NCBI GenBank assembly: GCA_963772835.1
Contig: CAVYYZ010000011.1
Location: 224,001-288,000, forward strand
Reading direction: 5' to 3'
Length of the DNA stretch: 64,000 nucleotides
Source: an uncultured delta proteobacterium
GTDB lineage: Bacteria; Desulfobacterota; Desulfuromonadia; Geobacterales; Pseudopelobacteraceae
The notes under the pieces were generated by a model. The model saw only the letters and a program-made list of their open reading frames with translations, had not been told where the DNA came from and ran no database searches. Below, piece after piece: positions 47,035-57,514 of the stretch. Both the position numbers and the translations under genes were made by a program. Numbering within the stretch: the stretch's first letter is position 1; each line of letters starts with the position of its first letter.

Positions 47035-47485
47035 AATTTGTGTACCTGTTTCCTTGGTGTCAAGGCAGGAAAGTCGCCAGCAGAATCAAAAACCGTTGTC
47101 AAGGGCTGATAAACCACCATCACCCTGAAAAAAGGAACCGTACCCTGTGTACTGCTATCAGACATTTATTTAATAGTACTAAAAAATATGAGCTGCTTGG
47201 TTTGTCTGGCAGGCTTCGAGGTGAGGAGGCTCGGCTGTCAATAGCTGGAATATATCTCTTATTTTTTTGATATATAACCAGAATTAAAGAAAAAAGCAAG
47301 GCAAATTGGCCTCAAAAAGCTTCCCCAAATCATTTTAGGTAAAATAAAAGTATAAAAAAAAATTTAATTAACATGGATAGACGGGAGTAATTACCCTGTC
47401 GTACAACCGGTCTATTGACGCCTGTAGTGATGGCATGCGCCATATCAACTTATGTTGTTTAATTGAACCCCGTGGCTCAGGTAAA

Positions 47486-48388
47486 TTATAAACTCGTCAA
47501 CCAATAGAATAAAGGCAGAGTGCCAAACGCGAGGAGAAGACCGAGTCCAACCAGGGCGGCAGAAAGTTCTGCGTCCATTCCAGCTACGACTGCCAGTGCT
47601 CCGGCCGTAACCATAGGCGGCATGCCGGCTTCCAGGATCGATACATCGACTGCCAGACCACGTAGACCGAAAATTCTGCAGATCAGCAATGCTACAAGCG
47701 GTGCAAGAGCCAGTTTCAAAAACAGTCCAAAGCTGAGTGGTGTCCGTAGCGTAGGTTTCAGTCTGAAATTCAATTGGAAACCAATGGCGGTCATGACCAG
47801 CGGAGTCAATGTGCTTGAAGTGGTCAGCAATAGTTGCTCAAACATGGTCGGGTATTTCCAGGGAAGGAGTGCCAGGCCGACAACCAATGCTACAGTTGGG
47901 GGAAACAAGAACACACGCCGGATGACGGCCTGAAGGGTGACAACACCTTCCTTCCCGTACAGGGCCAGTACCAGCGAACCATAGGTTGCAAAGATCAGCA
48001 TGGTGCCGAACTGATCGTACACGATAAGATGCTGCAATCCTGACTCACCGAAAAACGCCTGGATAATAGGCACGCCCATAAATGAGGTATTGCCGAGCGG
48101 GACCACGAGCAGTAACACGCCTGTCGCGGAGCGTGGCCATGCGAGAATGCGCGCTGCAGCCAAAATCAATGCTGCTGAAAAAATCAGGGCACCCCAGGCA
48201 ATGCCGATCGGCATAACTACATCGCCGGTGAATAATATGTGAGGCACCTTGAGTAGAATCACTGCAGGCAGCGACAGGTAGAGAGCAAACATATTGAGGA
48301 CCCTGACTGTATCAGGAGGGAAAGCCTCCAGACGCCGGAACAGCATCCCTGTAATCACGAAGACAGCTATCAGTACAAAGTTTTCCAT
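47486..48388 (-). CDS. AEC-family (malate/malonate-type) secondary transporter
   Basis: LSLPAVIL, GNTSFMGVP, EAGMPP. About 10 TM helices. Start 48388 or 48394. Confidence 0.85.
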   Translation of the reverse strand: MENFVLIAVFVITGMLFRRLEAFPPDTVRVLNMFALYLSLPAVILLKVPHILFTGDVVMPIGIAWGALIFSAALILAAARILAWPRSATGVLLLVVPLGNTSFMGVPIIQAFFGESGLQHLIVYDQFGTMLIFATYGSLVLALYGKEGVVTLQAVIRRVFLFPPTVALVVGLALLPWKYPTMFEQLLLTTSSTLTPLVMTAIGFQLNFRLKPTLRTPLSFGLFLKLALAPLVALLICRIFGLRGLAVDVSILEAGMPPMVTAGALAVVAGMDAELSAALVGLGLLLAFGTLPLFYWLTSL

Positions 48389-48447
48389 TACCATCCACGT
48401 AAAAAAATCAAGTGTGCCAACGGGGAGAGAAAAGAATATGGTGCCGG

Positions 48448-49167
48448 TTATTCCTGTTTCAGGAGGACATATTTGTTGCTTCGCCGCTCTGCAAAGTTGA
48501 GATGAACAAGCATTGCATCACGGGCAATTTCCGGCTGTCTGGTGCTGATAGCGTCAAAAACGGCGCGGTGCTGGTCGAAGAGGGTGCGGTGATCTTCATC
48601 AGTTAAATATACCGCGTGCCAGACGTCGCGTTGAAATTCTTTCATGGCATCAAAAATACTCTGCATCAGGTGAAGCCATACCACATTATGAGTCGTTTGC
48701 GCCACCGTGATGTGAAACAGCGCATCCAGTTCCAGTGACGGTTCATTCCGGGTAACATTCTCTGCCATTTTCACAACGATCTTTTCCAGTTTCCGCACAT
48801 CATCAGGCTGTGCACGTTCAGCCGCATAATACGCTGTGCTGGATTCAATACTTTTCCGTACCTCGATAACATCCAGCGCCCGTTCTCGCTGATGTTTTAT
48901 CAATTCTGCAAGCGGGTTGCCGGCAGACATTTCGAGCAGGGATTTGACAATCGATCCGCCACCCTGATGGGTTTCAATCAATCCGGCCGCCGCAAGAATG
49001 TTGAGCGCTTCTCTGAGTGACGGTCGTGAAACACCGAAAAGCTCGGCAAGTTCACGTTCAGGTGGCAATTTTTCGCCCGGGCTGAAGACTGAGGTAATAA
49101 TTGAAGACCGGATCTGGTCTGCGATTTGAATGGATATTTTCTGAGGTTTGATCGGCTTAAAAAACAT
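48448..49167 (-). CDS. FadR/GntR-family regulator, copy 2 (paralog of 33595-34314)
   Basis: GEKLPPERELAELFGVSRPSLREAL. Shares RALDVIEVRKS and VWLHLMQS.FDAMKEFQ with copy 1. Confidence 0.92.
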   Translation of the reverse strand: MFFKPIKPQKISIQIADQIRSSIITSVFSPGEKLPPERELAELFGVSRPSLREALNILAAAGLIETHQGGGSIVKSLLEMSAGNPLAELIKHQRERALDVIEVRKSIESSTAYYAAERAQPDDVRKLEKIVVKMAENVTRNEPSLELDALFHITVAQTTHNVVWLHLMQSIFDAMKEFQRDVWHAVYLTDEDHRTLFDQHRAVFDAISTRQPEIARDAMLVHLNFAERRSNKYVLLKQE

Positions 49168-49192
49168 GGCATCCGTTTCGCTTTATACCGAA

Positions 49193-49220
49193 GCGGCAGG
49201 TGCCTGAGAACACCTGCCGC
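49193..49220 (-). terminator. Strong hairpin after dctP (weak terminator or mRNA stabiliser)
   Basis: Perfect 10-bp stem GCGGCAGGTG-N8-CACCTGCCGC with a short U-tract. Confidence 0.5.
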
Positions 49221-49232
49221 AATGACATATTA

Positions 49233-50330
49233 TTACTTGAAATTGGCCATGGTCTCTTTAACCGGAACAGAGATCTTTTTGTAATCTGAAATATATTTCT
49301 GTTCTTCTTTCTTGTATTTGCCTGCATCCCAGTCTTTTCTGAACTGAACGGCATCGTTAACCCAGGTTGCTCCGGCAACAGAGCGGCCCTTATCATACAT
49401 CGGCATCAGTGCTTTCTCGAATGCACTTCTTTCGGTCTTTGTCAGAACGTGAACTTTCATTCCTTTTGTTTTCAGTTTTGCAATAAAATCATCGTCGCAC
49501 TCACGATTCAGCTTGCGTTGGAAAGCGCTTACTTCAGCAGCGGTGTCTTCCATGATTTTTTTGATATCTGCCGGAAGTGCATTCCATTTCTTTTTGTTAA
49601 CCATCATGATCATGACATTATAGGTGTGCTGATCCTGAGTCATCCAAGGCTGTGATTCATACATTTTGGCAGAATAGATGTTTACGGAAGGGTTCTCCTG
49701 ACCGTCGATAACTTTCTGCAGCAGTGCATTGGGAAGTTCTGGGTAGGCCATAGGGGTAGGGCTGCCTCCCAGAGTTGATATCAGGCCCATGTACATAGGG
49801 CTTTCCATGACGCGAATTTTTTGGCCGACAACATCTGCAGGGGAGTTGATTGATTTTTTACTGGAGGTGAAATTTCTCCAGCCGTTTTCGAGGAAAACAA
49901 CACCGTGGATTCCTTTGCGGTCGAGCAGTGCGAGCAGTTTTTTGCCCTGCGCGCCATCCAGGTAGGTATAGGCGGCTTCGTAGTTAGGGAAGAGGAACGG
50001 CAGGTCAAGTACCTGGAATTCCGGTGCGAAACCGGCGATGGCACCGGTTGTGGCAAAAGTAGACTCTATAGTGCCGAGCTGTACGCCTTCGATTACGGCT
50101 CGTTCCCCTCCAAGCTGGCCGGCCGGAAATACCTTGATCTCGACCTGGCCATTGGTTCGTTGGCTGACCAGTTCGGCGTATTTTTTAGCACCTACGTCGA
50201 TCGGGGTGCCTGCGGTGATAACGTGGGCAAGTTTGAAAGAATACTTGGGAGCGGCAAAAGCCGGGGCGGCAACCATTGTTGCGACTGCGAGTAACAGAAC
50301 AGACAACAGACTCTTTTTACAAATTTTCAT
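49233..50330 (-). CDS. dctP: TRAP transporter solute-binding protein
   Basis: Signal peptide, FPAGQLGGE, DLPFLF, ENGWR, KIRVM, IDGQENP. Confidence 0.92.
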   Translation of the reverse strand: MKICKKSLLSVLLLAVATMVAAPAFAAPKYSFKLAHVITAGTPIDVGAKKYAELVSQRTNGQVEIKVFPAGQLGGERAVIEGVQLGTIESTFATTGAIAGFAPEFQVLDLPFLFPNYEAAYTYLDGAQGKKLLALLDRKGIHGVVFLENGWRNFTSSKKSINSPADVVGQKIRVMESPMYMGLISTLGGSPTPMAYPELPNALLQKVIDGQENPSVNIYSAKMYESQPWMTQDQHTYNVMIMMVNKKKWNALPADIKKIMEDTAAEVSAFQRKLNRECDDDFIAKLKTKGMKVHVLTKTERSAFEKALMPMYDKGRSVAGATWVNDAVQFRKDWDAGKYKKEEQKYISDYKKISVPVKETMANFK

Positions 50331-50374
50331 TTTCTACCTCCTGTGGGTTTTGAACTGCGTGGTTGACCATATTC

Positions 50375-51685
50375 CTATGGTGGTGTTGGTACCGGTACTG
50401 CTGAAAGCAGGTCGGGGAGCCAGGTTGAAAAAATCGGCATATAGGTATACACGGCCAAAAGGATAAACATGGCTATAATGAATGGAATACAGGCAGTTAC
50501 AACTCTGCCGAGCGGGTACTTTGTCATGCCGGAGGCGACGAACAGATTCAGACCGAGCGGAGGAGTCAGCATGCCGAGCTCCAGGTTGTAGATCATAACG
50601 ATGCCGAAATGGATCGGGTTGATGTTCATCTTCATGACAATCGGGTAGAAGAGTGGTGCAAGCACCAGGATGGCCGAGTTAGGTTCCATGAAGCAGCCGA
50701 CGATCAGGAGCAGAACATTGACCGCCACCAGGAACATCCACGGTTGCGGAGCGACTGAAATGATCCACTCGGCAACATTCTGGGGGATGCTTTCGCTGGT
50801 CAGATACCAGCTGAAGGCGTTGGCCGAGATGATGATGAACATGATCATGGCCGAAACGGAGGCAGATGAAGTCAGGATATCGACATAGTCTTTCAATTTG
50901 ATATCCCGGTATATGAAGCTGCCGACGATGGCACTGTAGACGACGGCAACTGCGGCGGCCTCGGTCGGAGTAAATACGCCGGTGTAAATACCACCCAGAA
51001 CTATCAGCGGCATCATCAGTCCCCAGAAGCCTTCCTTCAGAGACCCGGCAATTTCTTTAAAGTCTGCCTTTGTTTCCCCGGTAGCCTGACCGAAACCACC
51101 TTTTTTGGCTGCAAAGTAACACATACCTGCAAAGACGGTTGCGGTCATCAGGCCGGGAACAACACCTGCCATAAAGAGCTTGCCGATCGGCTCACCGGTG
51201 GCGAGGGCATAAACTACCATCGGAATTGATGGTGGAATCATGATTCCCAGGGATCCGGCTGACGTAATGACACCGACGGAGTATTTGTCATCATAGTTGG
51301 CTTTTTGCAGAGCCGGTATCATGATGGCGCCGATGGCGGCTACCGTAGCGGGTGATGAACCTGATATGGCGGCGAAGAATGCGCAAGCAGCTGTGGCTGC
51401 GATGGCCAGACCGCCAGACATGCCGCCGAAGAGGGCGGTTGCAACCCTGATCAGACGCTTCGAAATGCCTCCGGCGGTCATGATGTTGCCGGAAAGAACA
51501 AAAAACGGGATAGCCATCAGGGTGAAAGAATCGGCTGAACTGAACATTTGCTGAACGATAACCAGCATCGGAACATCGCTGAAGAAATAGAGCGACAGCA
51601 TGACCGTTCCGCACATGGCTACGGCGATCGGTGTGCCGGTGGCGAGTATACCTGCTAATATCAGAAAGACTATTGCGCTGTTCAT
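50375..51685 (-). CDS. dctM: TRAP transporter large permease
   Basis: AIPFFVLSG, AISGSSPAT, IPPSIP, FTPTEA, TPPLGLNLFV. Confidence 0.94.
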   Translation of the reverse strand: MNSAIVFLILAGILATGTPIAVAMCGTVMLSLYFFSDVPMLVIVQQMFSSADSFTLMAIPFFVLSGNIMTAGGISKRLIRVATALFGGMSGGLAIAATAACAFFAAISGSSPATVAAIGAIMIPALQKANYDDKYSVGVITSAGSLGIMIPPSIPMVVYALATGEPIGKLFMAGVVPGLMTATVFAGMCYFAAKKGGFGQATGETKADFKEIAGSLKEGFWGLMMPLIVLGGIYTGVFTPTEAAAVAVVYSAIVGSFIYRDIKLKDYVDILTSSASVSAMIMFIIISANAFSWYLTSESIPQNVAEWIISVAPQPWMFLVAVNVLLLIVGCFMEPNSAILVLAPLFYPIVMKMNINPIHFGIVMIYNLELGMLTPPLGLNLFVASGMTKYPLGRVVTACIPFIIAMFILLAVYTYMPIFSTWLPDLLSAVPVPTPP

Positions 51686-52227
51686 TTCTGCTCACCTCCA
51701 TATGTGCTTTCCAGCTCATCTGGATGTTCGCTTGCATAAAGCGCCAACTCGGGCTGATCTGATACGGTAAACAGTTTTATGATGTTGTGGATAAAGTGAA
51801 TTATGCTCAAGGAAAGCCCGACCGGCATGGCGATGTACGGGATATACATAGGAATTCGCATCGCGGGAGAAAGCTGCTCGTACTCCATGGTATCCTTGAT
51901 AAAATCAATGCTGGTGTAGACCAGGATCCCGATTACAACAACCCCGATCAGATTCAGCAGCACCTCTGAAGCAAGTTTCAACTTGTGCGGCAGGAAACGT
52001 ATTATTGCATCGACGCCGATATGCTGATTTTTTCTGACTCCTATTGCCACACCGATAAAGATTGACCAGACCACCAGGAAGCGTGACAGCTCCTCGGACC
52101 AGATCGGGGTATAACTGAAACCATAGCGTGACACGACATTGGCGAAGACCAGCAATGAAACAATTGTCATTGAAATGACTGCAATACTGTTTTCGATCCA
52201 TTCAAGTGGCTTGATCAGCCTGTTCAT
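51682..52227 (-). CDS. dctQ: TRAP transporter small permease
   Basis: NVVSRY, WSEELSR, HIGVD, SPAMRIP. GGAGG RBS before ATG 52227. Confidence 0.9.
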   Translation of the reverse strand: MNRLIKPLEWIENSIAVISMTIVSLLVFANVVSRYGFSYTPIWSEELSRFLVVWSIFIGVAIGVRKNQHIGVDAIIRFLPHKLKLASEVLLNLIGVVVIGILVYTSIDFIKDTMEYEQLSPAMRIPMYIPYIAMPVGLSLSIIHFIHNIIKLFTVSDQPELALYASEHPDELESTYGGEQK

Positions 52228-52305
52228 ACTGGATTCCTCCAAATATTTAGTGTCTTCAAAACTTGTTTTATAAATATATAATAAGTTTTGATACAACGTT
52301 TCCAA

Positions 52306-52322
52306 AACATGTCTTACCAATT
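52306..52322. promoter_or_regulatory. FadR-type operator upstream of dctQ
   Basis: Minus strand AATTGGT-AAG-ACATGTT (perfect left half). TTGACA lies 18 nt upstream at 52341-52346. Confidence 0.6.
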
Positions 52323-52375
52323 AATCTTTTTTCAAATGTCTGTCAAGATATATTTTAAATATATAAAAAACCTTA

Positions 52376-52404
52376 TTGACACAGTAATGTAGATGATTTA
52401 CCGT
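52376..52404 (+). promoter_or_regulatory. Putative sigma70 promoter of lutC-ldhH
   Basis: TTGACA-17 nt-TACCGT. A TTACCAAT operator half-site follows near 52450-52457. Confidence 0.45.
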
Positions 52405-52527
52405 AAAGGCAGTTCCTGTAGTGCAAATAAATATATCAAACTTACCTGTTTACCAATATGTAATAACAATCTAAAAATAGATGTAAATAAAAAACAGGTA
52501 TATACTTGAAAACAAGAGGTGGGAACT

Positions 52528-53076
52528 ATGTACCAGCAATTTAAAGCCAGGGCGGAAGCTGTGAGTGCAGAAGTATACCGTTTTGAAACGAAGGCAGAGG
52601 CACTTGCTCATGTGATTGGGTTTTTGCATGCAGAAGGTATTGCCGATAGGCCCGATTCTCTTGCCCTCTGGGCTGAATGTCCCTTTCTTACCGGAATAGA
52701 TCGAAATGCGTTTCATGGAGTTGACGGATTGAAGATTGAGGTTACGCGTGAGCTGGCAGCGAAAGCCCGCTTCGGTATAAGCCAGATGGAGTGGGCATTG
52801 GCGGATACGGGTTCTCTGGCGCAGAACTCCACCGCTATTGAACAACGCCTTGTGTCGTCTCTATCGTCCATTCATATTGCATTGGTGCCGACAAGTGGAA
52901 TACTTCCGGATATGTCGGCACTGTTATCGAGAGTTAGCCCGAAAGAGTGCGCGTACCTTGCTCTTATAACCGGACCGAGTCGGACGGCAGATATTGAACG
53001 AGTGCTGACAATCGGTGTGCATGGGCCTGACCGGCTGATTATCGTTTTTATTGATGAGCTTGGAGGTACTAACTGA
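52528..53076 (+). CDS. lutC: LutC/YkgG (LUD domain) lactate utilisation protein
   Basis: ALADTGSL, RLVSSL, ITGPSRTADIERVLTIGVHGP. Confidence 0.9.
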   Translation: MYQQFKARAEAVSAEVYRFETKAEALAHVIGFLHAEGIADRPDSLALWAECPFLTGIDRNAFHGVDGLKIEVTRELAAKARFGISQMEWALADTGSLAQNSTAIEQRLVSSLSSIHIALVPTSGILPDMSALLSRVSPKECAYLALITGPSRTADIERVLTIGVHGPDRLIIVFIDELGGTN

Positions 53077-55211
53077 TGGGTACTGAATTCAAGGAATCTA
53101 TTTCCAGAGCGGTACATAATGCCAACCTGACCGGAGCTCTTGGTAAATTTTCCGAGGCGTATAAGGTCAACCGTGCCAAGGCGTATGAAGGGATTGATTT
53201 TGAGGAACTGCGGGGGAGAATAGCCGATCTTAAATCCTATGCCGCGTCGCATCTGGATGAACTTTCGGAACAGTTCACAAGGAACGCCGAAGCCTGCGGC
53301 GCCACAGTGTTCCGGACAAAAGACCCGGCCAAGGTCAGGGAATATATCCTGAAGGTTGCCAAGGACAACAACGTCGCGTCTGTAGTGAAATCTAAATCGA
53401 TGGCAACCGAGGAAATTCACCTCAATCCGTATCTGGAAAAAGCCGGTATCGAAGTAGTGGAAACCGATCTTGGCGAGTGGATTATCCAGCTGGCCGGGCA
53501 GACCCCTTCGCATATGGTTATGCCGGCTATTCATATGACAAAGGAGGAGGTTTCAGACCTGTTCAGCAAGGAGGTCAATGAACGGCTGACGTCGGATATT
53601 CCAAGGCTTGTCAAGGTAGCCCGTGAAAAACTGCGACCTTCTTTTCTGGCCGCAGATATGGGTATCTCGGGAGGGAATATCGCAGTTGCGGAGACCGGCA
53701 GCATCGTTCTTATGACAAATGAGGGTAATGCCCGTCTGGTCACATCACTCCCCCGCATTCATATCGCACTTGTCGGTATCGAAAAACTGATCGAAAAGTA
53801 TGCAGATGTCGCTACAATTTTAAAAGCATTACCACGAAGCGCCACCGCGCAGTTGCTGACCAGCTATGTTTCAATTATTACCGGCCCGACGCCTAATCCG
53901 GACGGGAGTATGAAAGACCTGCATATTATACTTATGGATAACCGGCGCAGCGAGATGGCGGCAGACCCGAAATTCAAACAGGCGCTGCAGTGCATCCGCT
54001 GCGCTTCCTGTTTAAATGTATGCCCGATTTTTCGGCTTGTTGGCGGACATGTATTCGGTAAGGTGTATACCGGAGGTATCGGAACAATTCTGACCGCCTG
54101 GTTCGATGAGCTGAAAAAATCAGAGGAAATCCAGGGACTCTGTATTCAGTGCGGCGCCTGCAAGGATGTCTGCCCCGGAAAGATAGATATTCCGGATCTG
54201 ATTATGGAGATCCGGCGACGACTGGTTCAGGATCAGGGGCTTCCACTGTTGCAGAAAACAATCTATGCGGTGGTAAATAACCGAAAACTCTTCCACGGAA
54301 TGTTGCGCGCCGCCTCAATTGCCGGAAAGCCGTTTACAACGGGTAAGTTTGTCCGTCATCTACCGCTGTTTCTGGCCGACTTGACCGATGGTCGCAGCCT
54401 TCCGGCAATTGCAGCAGAACCATTCAGAGATCGTTTTAAAAAAATAAAACAGCCGAAACTGAAAGAAAAAGCAGCGTTTTATGCGGGGTGTCTGATTGAT
54501 TTTGCATATCCGGAAATGGGAGAATCTCTGATAAAAATACTCAATAAGGGTGGTATCGAGGTCGTATTTCCTGACGACCAGACCTGCTGCGGTGCACCGG
54601 CGCGTTACAACGGCGCCTATGAGGTGGCCGCCAGTAACGCTGTCGACAACATCAAAGCCCTGTTACGGGAAGATGTCACGTATGTGGTGTCGGCCTGCCC
54701 GACCTGTACCGTGGCGCTTGATCATGAATTTATCAGTACGTTTGAAAGCCTCGGCCAGACGGAATGGATTCCCAAGGCAAAAACTCTTGCGGCAAAAACG
54801 GTCGACTTGTCCACACTGGTGACAAAGTTGGTCAATGAGGGACGTCTGTCGCTGAAGGAGGGGCGAAAGCTTGGTAAAATAACCTATCATGATTCCTGCC
54901 ATCTGAAACGGACGCTTAGAGTGTCTGAACAGCCAAGGGAATTGCTGCAGAAAGCCGGGTATGAACTGACCGAAATGTTCGAGTGTGATACCTGCTGCGG
55001 CATGGGCGGGTCATATTCGATGAAGCTGCCGGAAATATCAGCGCCGATTCTTCAACGCAAGCTCAGAAATATCAAGGATACCGGTGCTCCTATAGTTGCA
55101 ATGGATTGCCCCGGTTGCGTTATGCAGATCAGGGGTGGGATGGATCAGGAAGGATCCGCAATTGAAGTCAAACATACTGCGGAGATTCTCGCGGAACAAT
55201 TGGATTTATAA
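53076..55211 (+). CDS. ldhH: L-lactate dehydrogenase large subunit, LutB-LutA fusion (LdhH-type)
   Basis: VKSKSMATEEI, ETDLGEWI, PSHMVMPA, NEGNAR, CIRCASCLNVCP, then two CCG domains (TCCGAP; YHDSCH...TCCGMGG). Confidence 0.88.
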   Translation: MGTEFKESISRAVHNANLTGALGKFSEAYKVNRAKAYEGIDFEELRGRIADLKSYAASHLDELSEQFTRNAEACGATVFRTKDPAKVREYILKVAKDNNVASVVKSKSMATEEIHLNPYLEKAGIEVVETDLGEWIIQLAGQTPSHMVMPAIHMTKEEVSDLFSKEVNERLTSDIPRLVKVAREKLRPSFLAADMGISGGNIAVAETGSIVLMTNEGNARLVTSLPRIHIALVGIEKLIEKYADVATILKALPRSATAQLLTSYVSIITGPTPNPDGSMKDLHIILMDNRRSEMAADPKFKQALQCIRCASCLNVCPIFRLVGGHVFGKVYTGGIGTILTAWFDELKKSEEIQGLCIQCGACKDVCPGKIDIPDLIMEIRRRLVQDQGLPLLQKTIYAVVNNRKLFHGMLRAASIAGKPFTTGKFVRHLPLFLADLTDGRSLPAIAAEPFRDRFKKIKQPKLKEKAAFYAGCLIDFAYPEMGESLIKILNKGGIEVVFPDDQTCCGAPARYNGAYEVAASNAVDNIKALLREDVTYVVSACPTCTVALDHEFISTFESLGQTEWIPKAKTLAAKTVDLSTLVTKLVNEGRLSLKEGRKLGKITYHDSCHLKRTLRVSEQPRELLQKAGYELTEMFECDTCCGMGGSYSMKLPEISAPILQRKLRNIKDTGAPIVAMDCPGCVMQIRGGMDQEGSAIEVKHTAEILAEQLDL

Positions 55212-55310
55212 AAAACACTCAAACGTCATGTTGTTTGTCACGGAGATTATTAACTGATATTTCTTGATAAGGATAACCGCTGGACGAATTTGAGCGGGGA
55301 CGGAGAATTA

Positions 55311-55342
55311 ATAAAAAGGCGGCCTTTCGGTCGCCTTTTTAT
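55311..55342. terminator. Bidirectional terminator
   Basis: ATAAAAAGGCGGCC-tttc-GGTCGCCTTTTTAT between convergent ldhH and sucD. Confidence 0.8.
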
Positions 55343-55361
55343 TATAATACCAGCATAATTG

Positions 55362-56234
55362 TTACGGTTTATACACTTTCATAAGCGCCTGCGCCATCTC
55401 AGCCGGGCTGGCAGCTACGCTGATGCCGCACTCTTCCAGCACCGCCACCTTTTCGGCCGCAGTACCCTTGCCGCCCGAGATAATTGCTCCGGCATGACCC
55501 ATGCGTTTGCCGGGGGGGGCGGTGACGCCGGCTATGTATGCCGCCACCGGTTTGGTCATATGCTCCTTGACGAAGTATGCCCCTTCTTCTTCGGATGTAC
55601 CGCCGATTTCTCCGATCATGATGACCGCATCGGTGTTCGGATCCTCCTGGAACATTCTCAGCACTTCGAGATGATTGGTGCCGTTGACCGGATCGCCGCC
55701 GATACCGACGCAGGTCGATTGGCCGAGGCCGAGACAGGTGAGCTGCCAGACAGCTTCATAGGTCAATGTGCCGGAACGGGAGACAACACCGACCCTTCCC
55801 GGTTTATGGATATAGCCGGGCATGATGCCGATCTTGCATTCGCCGGGGGTGATGACGCCGGGGCAGTTAGGCCCGATCAGTCGGGTGTTTTTGCCGACCA
55901 TGTACTGTTTGACCTTGACCATGTCGAGTACCGGGATCCCTTCAGTGATGCAGCAGACCAGTTCTATGCCGGCATCGACAGCTTCCATAATCGAATCTGC
56001 TGCAAACGGAGGCGGAACGTAGATGACACTGGCCGTGGCGCCGGTCTTTTGTATGGCCTCAATGACGGTATCATATACCGGAAAGCCGTCGATGATTGTG
56101 CCCCCCTTACCGGGTGTGACGCCGCCTACCATCCGGGTGCCGTATTCACGTGCTCCCTGGGCGTGAAACAGTCCGGTAGCACCGGTAATCCCCTGGGTGA
56201 TAACTTTAGTGTCTTTATTTATCAGAATACTCAT
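55362..56234 (-). CDS. sucD: Succinyl-CoA synthetase alpha subunit
   Basis: [39 protein letters not shown] (phospho-His). Confidence 0.97.
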   Translation of the reverse strand: MSILINKDTKVITQGITGATGLFHAQGAREYGTRMVGGVTPGKGGTIIDGFPVYDTVIEAIQKTGATASVIYVPPPFAADSIMEAVDAGIELVCCITEGIPVLDMVKVKQYMVGKNTRLIGPNCPGVITPGECKIGIMPGYIHKPGRVGVVSRSGTLTYEAVWQLTCLGLGQSTCVGIGGDPVNGTNHLEVLRMFQEDPNTDAVIMIGEIGGTSEEEGAYFVKEHMTKPVAAYIAGVTAPPGKRMGHAGAIISGGKGTAAEKVAVLEECGISVAASPAEMAQALMKVYKP

Positions 56235-57403
56235 TAGTTGGCTCCTTTCACGGCCTGGACAATTTTTTGCGCTGCGTCGGCCATGCCGTCGGCGGAAACA
56301 ATATTTAATCCGCTCTCGGCCAGGATTTCCTTGCCTCTGGCTACGTTGGTTCCTTCGAGACGGACCACCAGCGGCACATTGAGGGACACCTGTTTGGCAG
56401 CCTCTACAACTCCGGTGGCGATGATGTCACATTTCATGATGCCGCCGAAGATATTGACCAGGATCCCTTTGACGTTTTTGTCAGAGAGAATGATCTTGAA
56501 TGCTTCGGTGACGCGTTCGATGGTTGCTCCGCCGCCGACGTCAAGAAAGTTGGCCGGGTCACCGCTGTAATGTTTGATAATATCCATTGTTGCCATGGCC
56601 AAGCCTGCGCCGTTTACGAGGCAGCCAATATTGCCGGTGAGGGATACGTAGGAGAGGTCATGCTGGGATGCTTCGACTTCATTCGGGTCTTCTTCATCAT
56701 AGTCACGCATGTCGCCGATCTTGTGGTGACGGAAGATGGCGTTGTCGTCGAAGCCGAACTTTGCATCCAGGGCGATCAGGTTGTTTTCAGCGGTGATTAC
56801 GAGTGGATTGATCTCCAGCATGGAACAGTCGCAGCCGATAAAGGTTTCATAGAGTCCCTGCAACACTGCCACCGCTTTGTTGACGAGTTTTCCGCTCATC
56901 CCGAGGCTGAAGGCGATCTTGCGGCATTGGAACGGAGTCAGGCCGACCAGAGGATCAATCGCTTCGGTGAAGATTTTTTCGGGAGTCGAAGCTGCTACCT
57001 CTTCGATGTCCATGCCTCCTTCGGTGGAGGCCATGACGGTGACTCTGGAGGTGGTACGGTCAACAAGCAGGCTGACGTAGAGTTCACTGGCGATGTTGCA
57101 GCCGTTTTCCACCAGCACCCTGGTAACCAGTTTACCTTCCGGGGCCGTCTGGTGGGTGCGGAGGGTCATGCCGAGCATTTCGCGGGCAATGTTGCGCACT
57201 TCGTCGGCGGTGCGGGCAAGCTTGACGCCGCCCCCTTTGCCTCTGCCGCCGGCGTGAATCTGTGCCTTGACAACCCACGGACCATCACCTAAACGTTTTG
57301 CCCACTCGCGCGCTCCGGCGCTGTTGTAGCATACGTGCCCGTCGGGGACCGGTACACCGAACTTTCGTAAGATAGCTTTTGCCTGATACTCGTGAATATT
57401 CAT
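56234..57403 (-). CDS. sucC: Succinyl-CoA synthetase beta subunit
   Basis: [50 protein letters not shown]. Confidence 0.97.
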   Translation of the reverse strand: MNIHEYQAKAILRKFGVPVPDGHVCYNSAGAREWAKRLGDGPWVVKAQIHAGGRGKGGGVKLARTADEVRNIAREMLGMTLRTHQTAPEGKLVTRVLVENGCNIASELYVSLLVDRTTSRVTVMASTEGGMDIEEVAASTPEKIFTEAIDPLVGLTPFQCRKIAFSLGMSGKLVNKAVAVLQGLYETFIGCDCSMLEINPLVITAENNLIALDAKFGFDDNAIFRHHKIGDMRDYDEEDPNEVEASQHDLSYVSLTGNIGCLVNGAGLAMATMDIIKHYSGDPANFLDVGGGATIERVTEAFKIILSDKNVKGILVNIFGGIMKCDIIATGVVEAAKQVSLNVPLVVRLEGTNVARGKEILAESGLNIVSADGMADAAQKIVQAVKGAN

Positions 57404-57514
57404 AAAAAGCTCCTGTTGTGATTACTGGTATCCCGCTTCGGTCTTATGTAACCGGGCGAACATCGGGTCCGCTGGCTATATTGGCTACTCTAGCGGGATA
57501 CTTTAAGTTAAATG

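Noticed and set aside
47040..47290. Possible FMN riboswitch upstream of the ECF-Rnf operon
   Set aside because: The conserved RFN segments (AGGGTGnAAnTCCCnACCGGCGGT, GGATGGGAGAA) are not present on the minus strand.
55359..57292. Long plus-strand ORFs (292 aa and 240 aa)
   Set aside because: Antisense shadows of the highly conserved sucD and sucC.
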